A stretch of 64,000 nt of DNA. Source: a cyanobacterium endosymbiont of Rhopalodia gibba (GTDB lineage Bacteria > Cyanobacteriota > Cyanobacteriia > Cyanobacteriales > Microcystaceae). The translations under genes and the position numbers were made by a program. Under the pieces are notes generated by a model. It saw only the letters and a list, made by a program, of their open reading frames with translations. It was not told the origin of the DNA and did no database searches. The stretch is from positions 1,824,001-1,888,000 of the forward strand of contig CP067995.1 in assembly GCA_045159875.1 (NCBI GenBank), read 5' to 3'. Positions 22,760 through 34,214 of this stretch are shown piece after piece (the stretch's first letter is position 1; every line of letters starts with the position of its first letter).

Positions 22760-23893
22760 ATGAAAGTTGATTATCTAACGCCACAAACCGCTCAAACTCA
22801 ATTCTTGGAAGTGCCAACTCTTCCCCCTACAAACTGCCAACCCTGGCCGGGGTTAATTGAAACCTATCGCCCCTATCTTCCCGTAAGCGAAGCAACTCCA
22901 ATTATCACCCTTCTAGAAGGAAATACTCCCCTGATTCAAGTTCCCCATATTTCCCGACAAATTGGGCGCGGAGTCAAAGTTTTAGTTAAATATGATGGTT
23001 TAAACCCTACAGGAAGTTTCAAAGATCGGGGCATGACCATGGCGATTTCCAAGGCTTCTGAAAATGGAGCCAAAGCGGTAGTTTGTGCTAGTACGGGGAA
23101 CACTTCAGCAGCAGCAGCTGCCTATGCTAAACGGGGTAATATGCAAGCATTTGTCATCATTCCTGATGGCTATGTTGCCCTAGGAAAGTTAGCGCAGGCT
23201 TTGCTTTATGGGGCAGAGGTGATCGCCATTGAAGGGAATTTTGACGATGCTTTAACCATTGTCCAAGAAATGGCCGAAAATTATCCCATTACCCTGGTTA
23301 ACTCTATTAACCCTTATCGTTTAGAAGGACAAAAAACCGCGGCTTTTGAAGTGGTGGATTGTTTAGGAAATGCTCCTGACTGGTTATGTATTCCTGTAGG
23401 CAATGCAGGAAATATTAATGCTTATTGGATGGGATTTTGTCAATATCATAGTTTAGGGAAATGCGATAACCTACCAAAAATGATGGGGTTTCAAGCTGCA
23501 GGGTCTGCACCATTCATCACTGGTAAACCAATTAGATCACCTGAAACTCTAGCAACAGCTATTCGTATTGGCAACCCTGCTAATTGGGATAAAGCTTGGG
23601 CAGTTAAAGAAGCTAGTCTCGGAGAGTTTAACGCTGTCACCGACCAGGAAATTCTAGAAGCTTATCGCTTATTAGCCTCTCAAGAAGGAATTTTTTGTGA
23701 ACCGGCCAGTGCCGCTTCTGTGGCAGGATTATTAAAAGTTAAAGATAAAGTTCCTAATGACGCAACGGTGGTTTGTGTGTTAACAGGCAATGGACTTAAG
23801 GATCCTGACTGTGCGATCAACTATAGCAATAATCAGGTCAAATCAGGAATCAAGCCCCAATTGCCTCTTGTTGCTGAGGCGATGGGATTTTAA
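22760..23893 (+). CDS. thrC: Threonine synthase
   Basis: [13 protein letters not shown] lysine motif, [15 protein letters not shown]. Confidence 0.96.
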   Translation: MKVDYLTPQTAQTQFLEVPTLPPTNCQPWPGLIETYRPYLPVSEATPIITLLEGNTPLIQVPHISRQIGRGVKVLVKYDGLNPTGSFKDRGMTMAISKASENGAKAVVCASTGNTSAAAAAYAKRGNMQAFVIIPDGYVALGKLAQALLYGAEVIAIEGNFDDALTIVQEMAENYPITLVNSINPYRLEGQKTAAFEVVDCLGNAPDWLCIPVGNAGNINAYWMGFCQYHSLGKCDNLPKMMGFQAAGSAPFITGKPIRSPETLATAIRIGNPANWDKAWAVKEASLGEFNAVTDQEILEAYRLLASQEGIFCEPASAASVAGLLKVKDKVPNDATVVCVLTGNGLKDPDCAINYSNNQVKSGIKPQLPLVAEAMGF

Positions 23894-23990
23894 TACTCAG
23901 CGTCAGCGTCGGATTTAGTTCTCTATGCTTTTTATAGAAAGTTGGGAAGAATCCGAGATATTTGATACCAATTTTATAAACTTTAACTAC

Positions 23991-24032
23991 ACATTTTATA
24001 GGGGGCAATGGCTGTTGACCTCTATAAAATGT
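23991..24032. terminator. Hairpin downstream of thrC
   Basis: acattttatagggg ... cctctataaaatgt. Confidence 0.5.
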
Positions 24033-24149
24033 TAGTTCAATGAGATTTAAAAATATCGGTTGTTATTCTCAATATCCAAGTCACAGTACGACAAGGTTGA
24101 TGATTGCCTTAAATGACAACTGTTAACAATCAAGACTACAATGGTTGTT

Positions 24150-24965
24150 TAAAAAATAGTAGGAGGTAAAGCAAACTTACCTTTTTGTCTTAAATAAAAA
24201 CAAGGTTTTTCAGATAAGTAGGTATAAGCAACCGGTCAAGTAAAAAAGTTAAAAAAACAGTTCCAAATACTTAGATTTTTCGAATGTTCAATCTAAGAAA
24301 TATTTTTACATATATCGTTTTTCTTAAATTTACCAGCTGATTTTTCTAGCCATGTCCCCAACTATATTTTAGAAATACCACTTTAGTCAGGGATCTATAA
24401 AACGTGTATTATATAATTTTTTAACCTATGGAATAGAGTTATGACAAAGGAGTATTTAGTTAATACGGACAATAGGAACGCGAGGAAAATTCTAGTTAAT
24501 ATAGATAGTTACGATGAAGTCTTTTTCACTTAGGAGAAACTTGATCTTAAAATAATTTACTAATAGAAGTTACTAATATTTCTTTCTTTGCTATAGTTAT
24601 ATTTATAGTTCTAAGAAAAATGAGATATAAAAATATAACTTCAGAATTAATATTATTAAAGTTCTCACATTTAGCAACAAAACAGTAATCACATGGCATT
24701 GGTGCTAGTTTTGGAAAAATTAAATAAAAAATTTAAATCCTAAGAAATATGTAATCTTTTATTATCATAATATCTAACATAATTATGGCTGTTCCATATA
24801 CTGATTTGGAATGGGATCCTTTACTCACCTGTGCTGATCGTATCATTTCGGAAGGAGGAATAGTTTTGTCTCAAAGTACAGTTGTAGCGAGGGAATAGGG
24901 TCTTCCTTGGGTTATAAATATTTCCCATGCTACTCAAATCCTAAAAGATAGACTAATGAGGTATT
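24150..24965 (+). pseudogene. PEP-utilising enzyme (PEP/pyruvate-binding plus mobile phospho-His domain) pseudogene, largely deleted
   Basis: IVGGKA near 24160; HGIGASFGK near 24690; IMAVPYTDLEWDPLLTCADRIISEGGIVLSQSTVVARE*GLPWVINISHATQILKD matches the mobile-domain consensus VPYTDxGWxPLL..GGxLSHGAIVAREYGIP. Confidence 0.85.
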
Positions 24966-25059
24966 GCAGAAATTTTAGATAATTAGAGTTTCTCTAAGGA
25001 AGATCCTATTGAAAAGGTTTTATGTCTAACCTGTACCTATAATAATCTTTATCAACATC

Positions 25060-26550
25060 ATGACAAATCCATCAAAAAAAACTCAATCTTTACTCAAAAA
25101 ACTAAACTTGTTTGATTGGATCGCCTTAGGGGGTATTGTTATTCTCAGTTTGGCACTGGGAGTAGTGTTAGTGAGAGGAGAACAAATTCCCTTGCGGGTC
25201 AGTTATTTTAGTTGGAACGGAAAAAAAATTGGGTTACAGGATAAAGCTTTTAGAATAACTTTTAACCGTCCTGTAGATAAGTATAGTGTTGAAAAATATC
25301 TATCTATTGACCCTCCCCTTCCTGGGAAAATTAGCTGGCAAGGACGCCAATTAATTTATACATTAGAAGATCCCCCAATTTACGGGACAAATTATCAAAT
25401 TAAATTGCAAAATGCTCACAGAATTTATGATCGAGAACCGATTGAACCATTTGTCAGTTTATTTAGTACTCGTGATCGTACCTTTGCCTATATTGGCGTT
25501 ACGGCAGAAGAACGGGGGCGGCTAATTCTCTATAATATTACTGATACTAATCAACCGAAAAAAACAATCCTAACCCCTCTCGATCTAATCGTCACAAATT
25601 TTAGAATTTATCCCAATGGCAATAAAATTCTGTTTAGTGCTTATGAACCTAGTCTCAGTGGTAAAACATTGGTCAACCAGCAATTATACACGGTCACCAC
25701 GGGTTTACAAGTTTCTCCTAATAGTGTTGAAATGCCACGGGCTGGAAGACTAAAACGCATCCTTGACACAAAAGACTATCAAAATTTGAGTTTTGATCTA
25801 TCGCGCAATGGTCAAAGTATTGTCATTTGGCGAATTAATCATAAAAATCCAGATGATTCCGGGTTATGGACAGTTTCTGAAGGGCAAAATCCCAGACCAT
25901 TGGGAGTTCCTGGAGGAGATTTTGTTATTTCCCCTGATGGTAAGCGTGTGGTTATCTCTCAACGAGGTGGGGTGGGAATAATTCCTTTAACTTCTGATGG
26001 GGGATCGTCAGAGTTCTTAACAGGGTATGAAAAAAGTCTAGGATTTTCTGCCGATGGGAAGCAGATGCTTCTTGTTAGAGATAATCGGGATTATACACGA
26101 TCACTGATACTTATCAATCGAAACAAAAAAGAGCAAGAGTTATTCCGTACCCTTTATCCAATTATTGACTGCGAGTTTGAACCTAGGGAAGAAAAATTAC
26201 TTTATTGTCTTAAAACTGACTTAGTTGAGGATAAAAAAGGTAAATATCGTGAAGAACCTTTTCTTTCAGTAATTGATATGGAAAAGACAGTAGATTTTCC
26301 CCTACTTGCTTTACCCAACTATCGGGATGTCCAACTAAGCATGTCCCCTGATGGAGTCGCTTTATTATTTGATCAAGTAGCGACAATGGTTCCCAAGTCA
26401 ACCAATGATTTAATTACCTCAGAACAACAGGCGATCGTTGATGGACAAGTGTGGTTACTTCCCCTGCCTGAGTTAAAAGAATCAGACAAAACTCTTAAAA
26501 TCAAACCAGAAGAACTAGAAATTGGGTTTAAACCACAATGGTTGCCTTAA
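25060..26550 (+). CDS. Membrane-anchored Ig-like domain plus TolB-like beta-propeller protein
   Basis: N-terminal TM, FNRPVD..IDPPLPGKISW Ig-like segment, repeated SPDG-type propeller motifs. Confidence 0.7.
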   Translation: MTNPSKKTQSLLKKLNLFDWIALGGIVILSLALGVVLVRGEQIPLRVSYFSWNGKKIGLQDKAFRITFNRPVDKYSVEKYLSIDPPLPGKISWQGRQLIYTLEDPPIYGTNYQIKLQNAHRIYDREPIEPFVSLFSTRDRTFAYIGVTAEERGRLILYNITDTNQPKKTILTPLDLIVTNFRIYPNGNKILFSAYEPSLSGKTLVNQQLYTVTTGLQVSPNSVEMPRAGRLKRILDTKDYQNLSFDLSRNGQSIVIWRINHKNPDDSGLWTVSEGQNPRPLGVPGGDFVISPDGKRVVISQRGGVGIIPLTSDGGSSEFLTGYEKSLGFSADGKQMLLVRDNRDYTRSLILINRNKKEQELFRTLYPIIDCEFEPREEKLLYCLKTDLVEDKKGKYREEPFLSVIDMEKTVDFPLLALPNYRDVQLSMSPDGVALLFDQVATMVPKSTNDLITSEQQAIVDGQVWLLPLPELKESDKTLKIKPEELEIGFKPQWLP

Positions 26551-26980
26551 GGTTTTATTTATGAGTTATCCGTTTACTTTGTTAATGTTTGTAACAAAAT
26601 CTTTCAAAAAATACCTCTAGTTTCCTCTCCAAAGATGATAAGCTCAGTCCAGGATGGGATAATAACACACTAAAGTGAGTGAACGTTAGTTAACAAAGAG
26701 TTCATTTCCCCTATCCATATCGGAATTCCAAGTTGTTGTTGCTTTAATAATTGCTTTGGTTCCTAACTTTTTGCCTAGCTACGGAACTTTATAAGTAGGA
26801 TGTTCGTTTTATAATAAAATAGTCAGCTGCTCATCTTGATAGTTAAATTTAAGAATAATTCTTCTTTATTCTGATCCGTTGAAAAACCGTGTAAGCAGTA
26901 TACAAAATCAATTTTCAGCATATTTGTTGACCGATTAATGTCCAGAGTTTTTTATTGATGATTTTTCATCACACAGTTTA

Positions 26981-27361
26981 ATGCTTATGGCTGCACCTCA
27001 GATTTTAGAAACTCGTCGAAGTCCCAATTTCTCTTCTGTCCGCCGACGTCGTCACAAACCTGATCAGAAAGAAATTCATCTTCAGGGTCAATGGATGACT
27101 ACCGAAATTAAAGTTAAACTGATCGTTAATGGAACTTTGTCAGTTATTGCCGCTTTTACCTTGCTAAAGCTGCTTCCTTATCAGTTTTTACAACAGGAAA
27201 AATTGAAGGAAGTTCAAACTCAAGTCCAAGAAACAGAAAGACGGGTGGGGGAGTTGAGAAAAGATTTTAGCCGTAGTTTCGATCCACATCAAGTTAAACA
27301 AGTTATGCAAGAAAATAGTCCCTTAATTGACCCTAACAAACGGCAAATTTATTGGAAATAA
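26981..27361 (+). CDS. Conserved cyanobacterial single-TM coiled-coil protein (slr1601-like putative cell division protein)
   Basis: Basic N-terminus, TM, LLPYQ..QQEKL coiled coil, FSRSFDP motif. Confidence 0.65.
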   Translation: MLMAAPQILETRRSPNFSSVRRRRHKPDQKEIHLQGQWMTTEIKVKLIVNGTLSVIAAFTLLKLLPYQFLQQEKLKEVQTQVQETERRVGELRKDFSRSFDPHQVKQVMQENSPLIDPNKRQIYWK

Positions 27362-27429
27362 TCTTTTTATTATTCTTAGACAAGAATCGAGATATTACGC
27401 AGAAAAGTTTAATTTAGTCTAGTTTGTGC

Positions 27430-28600
27430 AGGTAATTGTTTTTTGACAATTTTTTCCATGGGCTGTCTTTAATTTCTTGATATGTGTTCTAAACAATAAT
27501 TGCTAAATGAGGATAAATTTATTAATCTTCAATCCCTCTCAAACAATATTCAACTTCGGTAATTCTTTTCTTAGACAAAGTTAAATTTAACTATCCTCGC
27601 ATGGTATAAATTTCAGGATGTTATTCTTTAAAAATACCCTAGATACTAATTTTAGACACTTTGAGCCCAAAACTATTGAAGTAAACTCCGTTAAAAAGCT
27701 CAATAAAGTGACCATCTGAACCATCGCTAATATTTTTCTATCCAATAGGATAAAGCTCTCCACCCCTTAGCAGGTGGCAAATTTTGATATAAGTTAAGAC
27801 TAAAGTATAGCCTTTTAATCTTCCAAACCTAGAATAAGCCTAGGCTTATTTACTACTCAATAATACTATTGGTCGTCTTGATAGTCTTGACTTGACCGCC
27901 ATAGTATTTCTAATGTCACAGGTTTCTGTTTCGAGGGTAGTATGGTCTTATTTGAATCTCGGGTATTTTCCTACCGATTCTTTAACTTTTTAGCTATATA
28001 ACATTGCTTGATGTAAAAATAGTTAGTTTTTATTAAAGAGTTAGAATAAACAAACTCCGATAAATTTTAACCTCCATTTCAAGTAATTCCATCTGGGGCT
28101 TATACTGTCAACATTGTCAACTGTCGGAGGTTTCAATCGCTTTCTATTTAAACTGACAGATCCTATTTTCTGTCTCTACCAAGAGGGATTGATAATAGAA
28201 GTGTAATTGATGGAAAGTTGATTTTACCCGGGTATTATTGCAAATATGATAGTTTTTTACAGACTTAGACCTAAGAACATAGGTTGCCAGTCCATTCCAG
28301 ATGAATAAAGGTTTGCCTCTCCACTAGTTTGGGTTGTCATTGCGAGATTGGGTTAGTCGGATATTTCGAGGATCGCCGAAAGCGAACCTCGAGTGATCAT
28401 TAAATCAATTGGTTAGGTAGCTAGTTATGGAGACTCAATTAAAGCAATTTTGTCTGTCTTAGGATCTTTAACGATAATAGTTATAATATCCTACTTTTTG
28501 TTCGGAAGCAATTGCTTAATAAAGACAATAATCATAAATCAGTATTCGTGGCAATGCTAGGAATATCCGGTTTGGTTTCTGTTCCTTGGGATTTAATCTG
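27430..28600 (-). pseudogene. Eroded protein-coding gene, family not recognised
   Basis: One frame reads LRGGELYPIG*KNISDGSDGHFIELFNGVYFNSFGLKVSKISI*GIFKE*HPEIYTMRG*LNLTLSKKRITEVEYCLRGIED**IYPHLAIIV*NTYQEIKDSPW; upstream segment KLVERQTFIHLEWTGNLC. Confidence 0.55.
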
Positions 28601-29802
28601 GTTTAAAGTATATGAAGTTTAGTTTTGAGGTTTAGCTTGTCCGAGTCTAGTCAATTATAAAATTATAAGGTATAGTTCAGCATTAAAATCTAGGAGAGGA
28701 TTTAGATAAAAAGGTGATAGTGTCTTCTGTAGTGCTTGTCTGGATACTTTGTGGCGTTGTTACATAATACACTTTAACTTTAAAAGTGGAAGAAAAGTTG
28801 GTAAAAAATAAACAATTAACATTCTCTCCGGTTGCTTATTGTTGGGAGGTACAATTATTGAGTAATCAAATAACCAGCAAAAAGATTAATAATAATTAAA
28901 TCATCGTAATACTTACGAGTCAATTATGATAGAGTTTTTTTATAAAAATTGGCAATTATTTTAACTAATAGCTCTCCCAAGTTTAGGCTGATAAGTTAAT
29001 AGAAAAAATAACAGTTTAATAAAACTGTCTTTCTAGGATTATTAAATTTACTTAAGTCATAAGCTTATCTTTCAATGAATTGAATTTCTTAATTAATTTT
29101 TTATACTATTATTAATGGGTTTAATCGTAAAAATTTACTCACTATATTATTAATCAATCTAAGTCAATAGATTTAAACAAGTGCAAAGTAAAGTAGTTGC
29201 AGAAGAGTAAGTACTAAGTAGATTAAAATAATCTAGATTTAACTTTAGTCATTTAAATATAGCAATCAAGAATGATTTACGTTTTAAATATTATTTCTAG
29301 CTACTTATTTACCTATAAAACCGAAATTTTTAGAAATGTTGACCCAAATGATATTTCTTTAATGAAAGATAATAAAAATAGCTCCTTTACTATTACTAAG
29401 TCTAATAATAGTAGAAAATATCTAAATCTTTTTTAGACATGAGTAAAAATTAATCACAATGACTAAATAACCATATATTTTAGTGGAATATTTCAAGGAT
29501 AAAAGTCTTGTCCAAAGAATTATTGGAACTCATCTTAAGAGAAGACATTATCTCACAAACCTCATTACATATACTAAGTGACCTACACTTCAGTAAAGTA
29601 AATTGATTTCAATAAATTTCTAGAAAATTTTATTAAAAAATATCAGGTTGTGAATTAATTTATGTTGAATTTATTACCGAAATATCTCGAACGAGACAAC
29701 CGCCTTAAATTTTGTCATTTAACCCAACCTACAAAGTTATCACGAATCATAGACTATAAATAGCCTCAAGTATCAATTTTGTGGCTTAATTGAAACTATC
29801 AA

Positions 29803-29873
29803 AGCGGGTGAGGGGAATCGAACCCCTATCATTAGCTTGGAAGGCTAAGGTTTTACCACTAAACTACACCCGC
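29803..29873 (-). tRNA. trnG: tRNA-Gly(TCC)
   Basis: Reverse complement GCGGGTGTAGTTTAGTGGTAAAACCTTAGCCTTCCAAGCTAATGATAGGGGTTCGATTCCCCTCACCCGCT. Confidence 0.97.
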
Positions 29874-29983
29874 GAACTAGTTGCAAGCTCATGCAGCCTA
29901 TCTGAGTAAAATTAACATAGATCTTAAACACTTGTCAAGGTCTTGGTTAGAACTTTTCCAGACCTTGAAGAACAAGTCCCTGA

Positions 29984-30490
29984 CTAAGTCGCTTTAATGG
30001 CATCTGACAAGGTTGTCCAACGAAAATAGCGTTCCCCCCCCATTTCCACAATAACCTTAATCCGAGGTTCAATAACGGGCAAACTAGCGAGATATTCTAA
30101 TTCAGTTTTGGATAGAATATGTCCCTCTAAAATCCATAATATCAATCCCTTAGACTTAGCTGGTAAGTTTTCTAGTTGGTACGCGGCAATGGGAGGAACA
30201 AAATATATAGGGCCAACAGCCGCATCTTGTCCAATATTCTTTTTACCCAAATGAGGAGGGCGAACTCCATGAATGCCCATCAAATAGGCACTAACATCGC
30301 CAAGTCCCTTAGCTGTCAAAGAAAAGCTATTATAGCCATTGGCTCGTAAACGTCGTTGATAACGCCCTTCAAAGCCCCCCTCTAGGGGGGCGTATACTGC
30401 TAACGCGCTTGATTTTTCCAAAGCGCGAACTAATCCTTTTCCAGTCTCTAAAGCGCGTAGCAATCCTTTTCCGATGGTTAGCAGTGCCAT
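29984..30490 (-). CDS. ndhN: NAD(P)H-quinone oxidoreductase (NDH-1) subunit N
   Basis: ALAVYAPLEGGFEGRYQRRLR, HGVRPPHLGK. Confidence 0.95.
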   Translation of the reverse strand: MALLTIGKGLLRALETGKGLVRALEKSSALAVYAPLEGGFEGRYQRRLRANGYNSFSLTAKGLGDVSAYLMGIHGVRPPHLGKKNIGQDAAVGPIYFVPPIAAYQLENLPAKSKGLILWILEGHILSKTELEYLASLPVIEPRIKVIVEMGGERYFRWTTLSDAIKAT

Positions 30491-30599
30491 TGCAGTATTG
30501 CAGTCCTAAAAAAATTCTTTTATTGATTATAAGGGAATCCTTCCCCTTAAGAGAAAGATTTAAACCTTAACTTTAAAGTTAAGGAAGTTTTACTAAAAA

Positions 30600-31120
30600 T
30601 ATTCATAACCACTCGTCCCAATATATCCTAATCTTTTAGACAATTTGAGCACGCTTGTTGTCCCAATTCTTCTCGTTGCTGACGACTATGAAAGTGAATT
30701 CCTCCTGGGAAAAGGAAATAAAACGTACAGACCCTACTTTGAGAACCGATTATGTAAGTGGTCCTTGGAGGAGCAACACTTGGCTCACTTGAGCAAATAC
30801 TGCTTGAAAGTTGAAATAGCTAATAGTGTTAAACACTACACCACACTGATTATCAGCGGATTAAAAAAATTCCGTATTTCCCTGACAATAAGTTAAACAA
30901 GGATGATATTGATTATTTTGGTGGACTTATTCTAAAAATGTATATGGGAGATAAGTCCCGGCTGAATCCTTTTAGAGCAGAAAATTGTTCTGTCAGACGA
31001 CCAAAAGGTAGATCTATTTCACAACCAAAATCAAGAATTTGAGAAGAATGGGAAGGTTTACATAAAAAGATAACCGTTGATAGATTGTCTAATAAAAAAT
31101 CATTGTCAATAAACAATCAA
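30600..31120 (-). pseudogene. Class I SAM-dependent methyltransferase pseudogene
   Basis: ILDFGCEID..RL..QF..LKGFSRDLSP (decayed motif I, cf. VLDLGCGTG..DLSP); frameshift to NQYHPCLTYCQGNTEFF*SADNQCGVVFNTISY..VFAQVSQVL; then PGGIHFHSRQQREELGQQ. Confidence 0.78.
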
Positions 31121-31200
31121 AACTGGGGACTCAACAATAAAAAAAAGCTTTTTATTAGTCAATATGTTCGTTTTTATGGGGTTCTTAAGAACATTGACCA

Positions 31201-31824
31201 CTAATTATTAAGCTCAGTCATTTCAATTACTCTTTCTTCAATATCTTTGACTAAAAAATTAAGAGGTTGATTACGACGGATTTTGTACTTTAAGCGTCTT
31301 GATTGAACTCGCATTAAAATGTCTTCTAAACATTCATGGTCAAAACAAACATGGCGTTGACGATTCTTGTGTCCATAACTAGCCCCGGCAATAATATGCA
31401 ACTGAGCATTTCTTTTTAATTGATACCAAAGTCCCTCAGAATTTCTGAAAGCTGCTGTTGTTGGATTAGGAGTAGTATATACATACAAAGAATCAAATGC
31501 TTCTGTCCCTAAAGTCCGTTCGTAATTGTAATAGTAATGCAAGGGAACTTCCGCCACAGGTAATTCTAGCAAGCCCTGATAAAATTGTCGGGCTATTTCC
31601 AAATCACAAACCATAATAGTATAAACCTTGGGTGCGCTGGTGAGAAACATCCACATTGCTAAACCATAGGATGCTAGTAGCATTACCATAATGCCTTGGG
31701 TTGAAAAAAGACTATCAATGGGCAAAAACATCCCTAAATAATGGTGGTGTAGAGAAAAATTGGTCTCAAGATCCATAGAATATAATTGATATAGATATAT
31801 CAGATTTTTGTCTTGATTAAGCAA
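31201..31824 (-). CDS. Cyanobacterial VOC/glyoxalase-like protein with N-terminal TM (true start may be downstream)
   Basis: STQGIMVMLL..MWMFLTSAPKV, IMVCDLEIARQFY, GLWYQLK..QLHII, RHVCFD. Confidence 0.8.
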   Translation of the reverse strand: MLNQDKNLIYLYQLYSMDLETNFSLHHHYLGMFLPIDSLFSTQGIMVMLLASYGLAMWMFLTSAPKVYTIMVCDLEIARQFYQGLLELPVAEVPLHYYYNYERTLGTEAFDSLYVYTTPNPTTAAFRNSEGLWYQLKRNAQLHIIAGASYGHKNRQRHVCFDHECLEDILMRVQSRRLKYKIRRNQPLNFLVKDIEERVIEMTELNN

Positions 31825-32149
31825 CTGAAAAAAGAGCTAAATATCAAGAATGATAACTTAATGTTATCTATCCAACTATAACAATACTCTTCATTCGTTG
31901 AGTTAAGCTTTGTGAGTGAGTGATAGCTAGCAGATATATATTTTATCTTTCTCATGAGGTTTAAAAAATCTGAAAAAGTAGGGAAAAACAAACTAAAAAA
32001 GTATGATTTCAAAAAAAAATGGGATAACTGGGCAAAACTTTATCAACTTATATTTTGATTAGACGAAATAAATTATACTAAGTTGTTGGTTATTTGTTGC
32101 AATCTTTGCTGATTGCGCGGAATAGTTTTTCTACGCGTTAAGAACTTTA

Positions 32150-32826
32150 GAGTCTCTTGAAAACCGGTCGTTTTAGTTCAGAAGATCGTCTCATATTTTA
32201 AATTTTTCCCGATAGGGTTATGCTCTTTAGAGAAACTTTTAAGCGCTATTATCCTATGATGAGATGACTTGTTCCTATACCATCACCTGAGAACAAGGCA
32301 AAGAGCCACCAGTATTTCTCTAAGCGATCCAAGATCAAGTCACTTCTAAAGAGAAATTTAAACTCACTAATGTTCCATAAAATATAGATATCTATATCTG
32401 GTCAGTAATTAATTTTTGAAAGGGAAACTCAAATAATCACAGTTAGAGTCTATCCAGTGGACAAGCGGGTTTATGCACCGAGAGTTTGCCATTCTAAATC
32501 TGATTCTGATTTCAGAGCAATGAGAGTCTTTCCTAATGTTCTTAAATTGATTGATCTGTGATATTTTATTAGTCTTGAAAACTTTCAAGTCGCTTGAGGA
32601 AAACCAAACCCTTGAGGTGATTGAGCTTGTATTGAAAGATTCTACCTACAAAATCGTTCAATTCCTGTATCCCCTAAAAACTGAGACACCTTTCCCAATC
32701 TTGACGATAGAGTTCATCATAGGGGCGTTAGAATAGCGAGGATTAGAATAGGAGGCAATTATAAACGGACGCAAAGACTGAGATACTTCAAGTGCGGCAA
32801 TTTCTGTTCTATTGGATTTCATCATA
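32150..32826 (-). pseudogene. Eroded unassigned coding sequence
   Basis: Fragmented protein-like frames, e.g. PYDELYRQDWERCLSF*GIQELNDFVGRIFQYKL; less AT-rich than neighbouring spacers. Confidence 0.45.
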
Positions 32827-33010
32827 GTTGTCATTAATGACTCAATTAAGTCTTGTAGACTAGGGTCAGTAAAATTTATAGTAGTTTAGGCAGTTAGTTA
32901 TAGAATGGGGCTACCTACTGTAGCAATTTTTAGAGAAAAATAAGTCTTTATCATTCACAATGATTTTCTTGGGTTTAAAATCTGTTCGTTTACAAAGAAA
33001 AGACTTTTCT

Positions 33011-34060
33011 TTATTTTAAATTTTCTAATCTGATACGAGGATCAACTGCTTTAAGTAATAAATCGGCTAACAAATTCCCCACAATTAACATAGTTGCCCC
33101 CATGGTTAGACTTCCCATAACTAAGTAAAGATCTTGTGCTTGAACTGCTCCTAAAATTAAAGTCCCTAACCCTGGCCAATTAAAGAAAAATTCTGCAATA
33201 AACGATCCCCCTAATAAACTAGCAAACTCGAATCCCAGTAAAGTAATTAAGGGGTTAATGGCATTGCGTAATCCATGAACATAAATAACTTGATTTTCAG
33301 ATAATCCTTTTGCTCGTGCAGTTTGAATATAGTCTTGTCGCATCACATCCAACATCTGTCCACGCGTCAATCGCATTAACCCGGCAAAACTTGTAATACT
33401 TAAAGCAATAGTTGGTAAAATCATGTGCCATCCAATATCAATTATCTTCCCAATGGAAGATAATTCTCGATAATTTAAACTTATCATATCTCCCACAGGT
33501 AAAATAGGGGAAACATTCTGAGCAAAAATTAATAATAATAATGCCGTAATAAAACTAGGAAATCCTTGTCCTAAATAACTAATTACCCGCAGAATTTTAT
33601 CAATCAAACTGTTCTTTTTGACTGCACTTAATATGCCAAGTGGTAAGGCAATTAGCCAAGTTAAAATAATTGAAGCTATGCTCAATAATAATGTTGCTAC
33701 AATTCGTTCATTTAACAGAGAAATAACTGAACGATTAAAGACAAAACTTTCTCCAAAATCAAGATGAGTAACAACTTGAAATAACCATTTACTATACTGA
33801 TCATACCAAGGTTTATCTAATCCAAACCGTTCGGTTAAACTAGCCAAGGTTTCGGCGGAAATATTAGGATTTTGTTTGAGGGTATCAATATAATTACCTG
33901 GGGCAATTTGAATAATAAGAAAACTAAGAAAAGAAGCTAGGAGTAAAGTAAAAAGTCCTTGAAAAATTCGTTTTACAATATATAGATTAGTATCACTTGT
34001 TAAACTTTTTTTTAGCTCTATCAATAGTTTATTGGACTGAAAGGATGAGAAAGAATTCAT
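33011..34060 (-). CDS. Peptide/nickel ABC transporter permease (OppB/DppB family)
   Basis: GLDKP..QY..W, LDFGES, HMILP, DYIQTARAKGL, HGLRNA, WPGLG. Confidence 0.93.
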   Translation of the reverse strand: MNSFSSFQSNKLLIELKKSLTSDTNLYIVKRIFQGLFTLLLASFLSFLIIQIAPGNYIDTLKQNPNISAETLASLTERFGLDKPWYDQYSKWLFQVVTHLDFGESFVFNRSVISLLNERIVATLLLSIASIILTWLIALPLGILSAVKKNSLIDKILRVISYLGQGFPSFITALLLLIFAQNVSPILPVGDMISLNYRELSSIGKIIDIGWHMILPTIALSITSFAGLMRLTRGQMLDVMRQDYIQTARAKGLSENQVIYVHGLRNAINPLITLLGFEFASLLGGSFIAEFFFNWPGLGTLILGAVQAQDLYLVMGSLTMGATMLIVGNLLADLLLKAVDPRIRLENLK

Positions 34061-34214
34061 AGGTTAATAAATTTATACACTGTGAATTTCGAATGTTTGT
34101 TAATTATAAATATGTTAGACTGGCAGCAAATAGCCAAATTTTTAAAAGACTTCTGTAGAGAAATTATAAGATAAATCTAAATTAAAAAAGGAAATATAGG
34201 TAAAGTTTATTGTC

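Noticed and set aside
27430..27780. Stop-codon reassignment (TAA/TAG read as Gln) to explain in-frame stops
   Set aside because: Intact genes end at TAA/TAG normally and have no internal stops; ordinary pseudogenisation is sufficient.
22255..29873. Genomic island bounded by tRNA-Arg and tRNA-Gly
   Set aside because: Contents are core-type genes (thrC); no integrase or duplicated tRNA 3' end seen.
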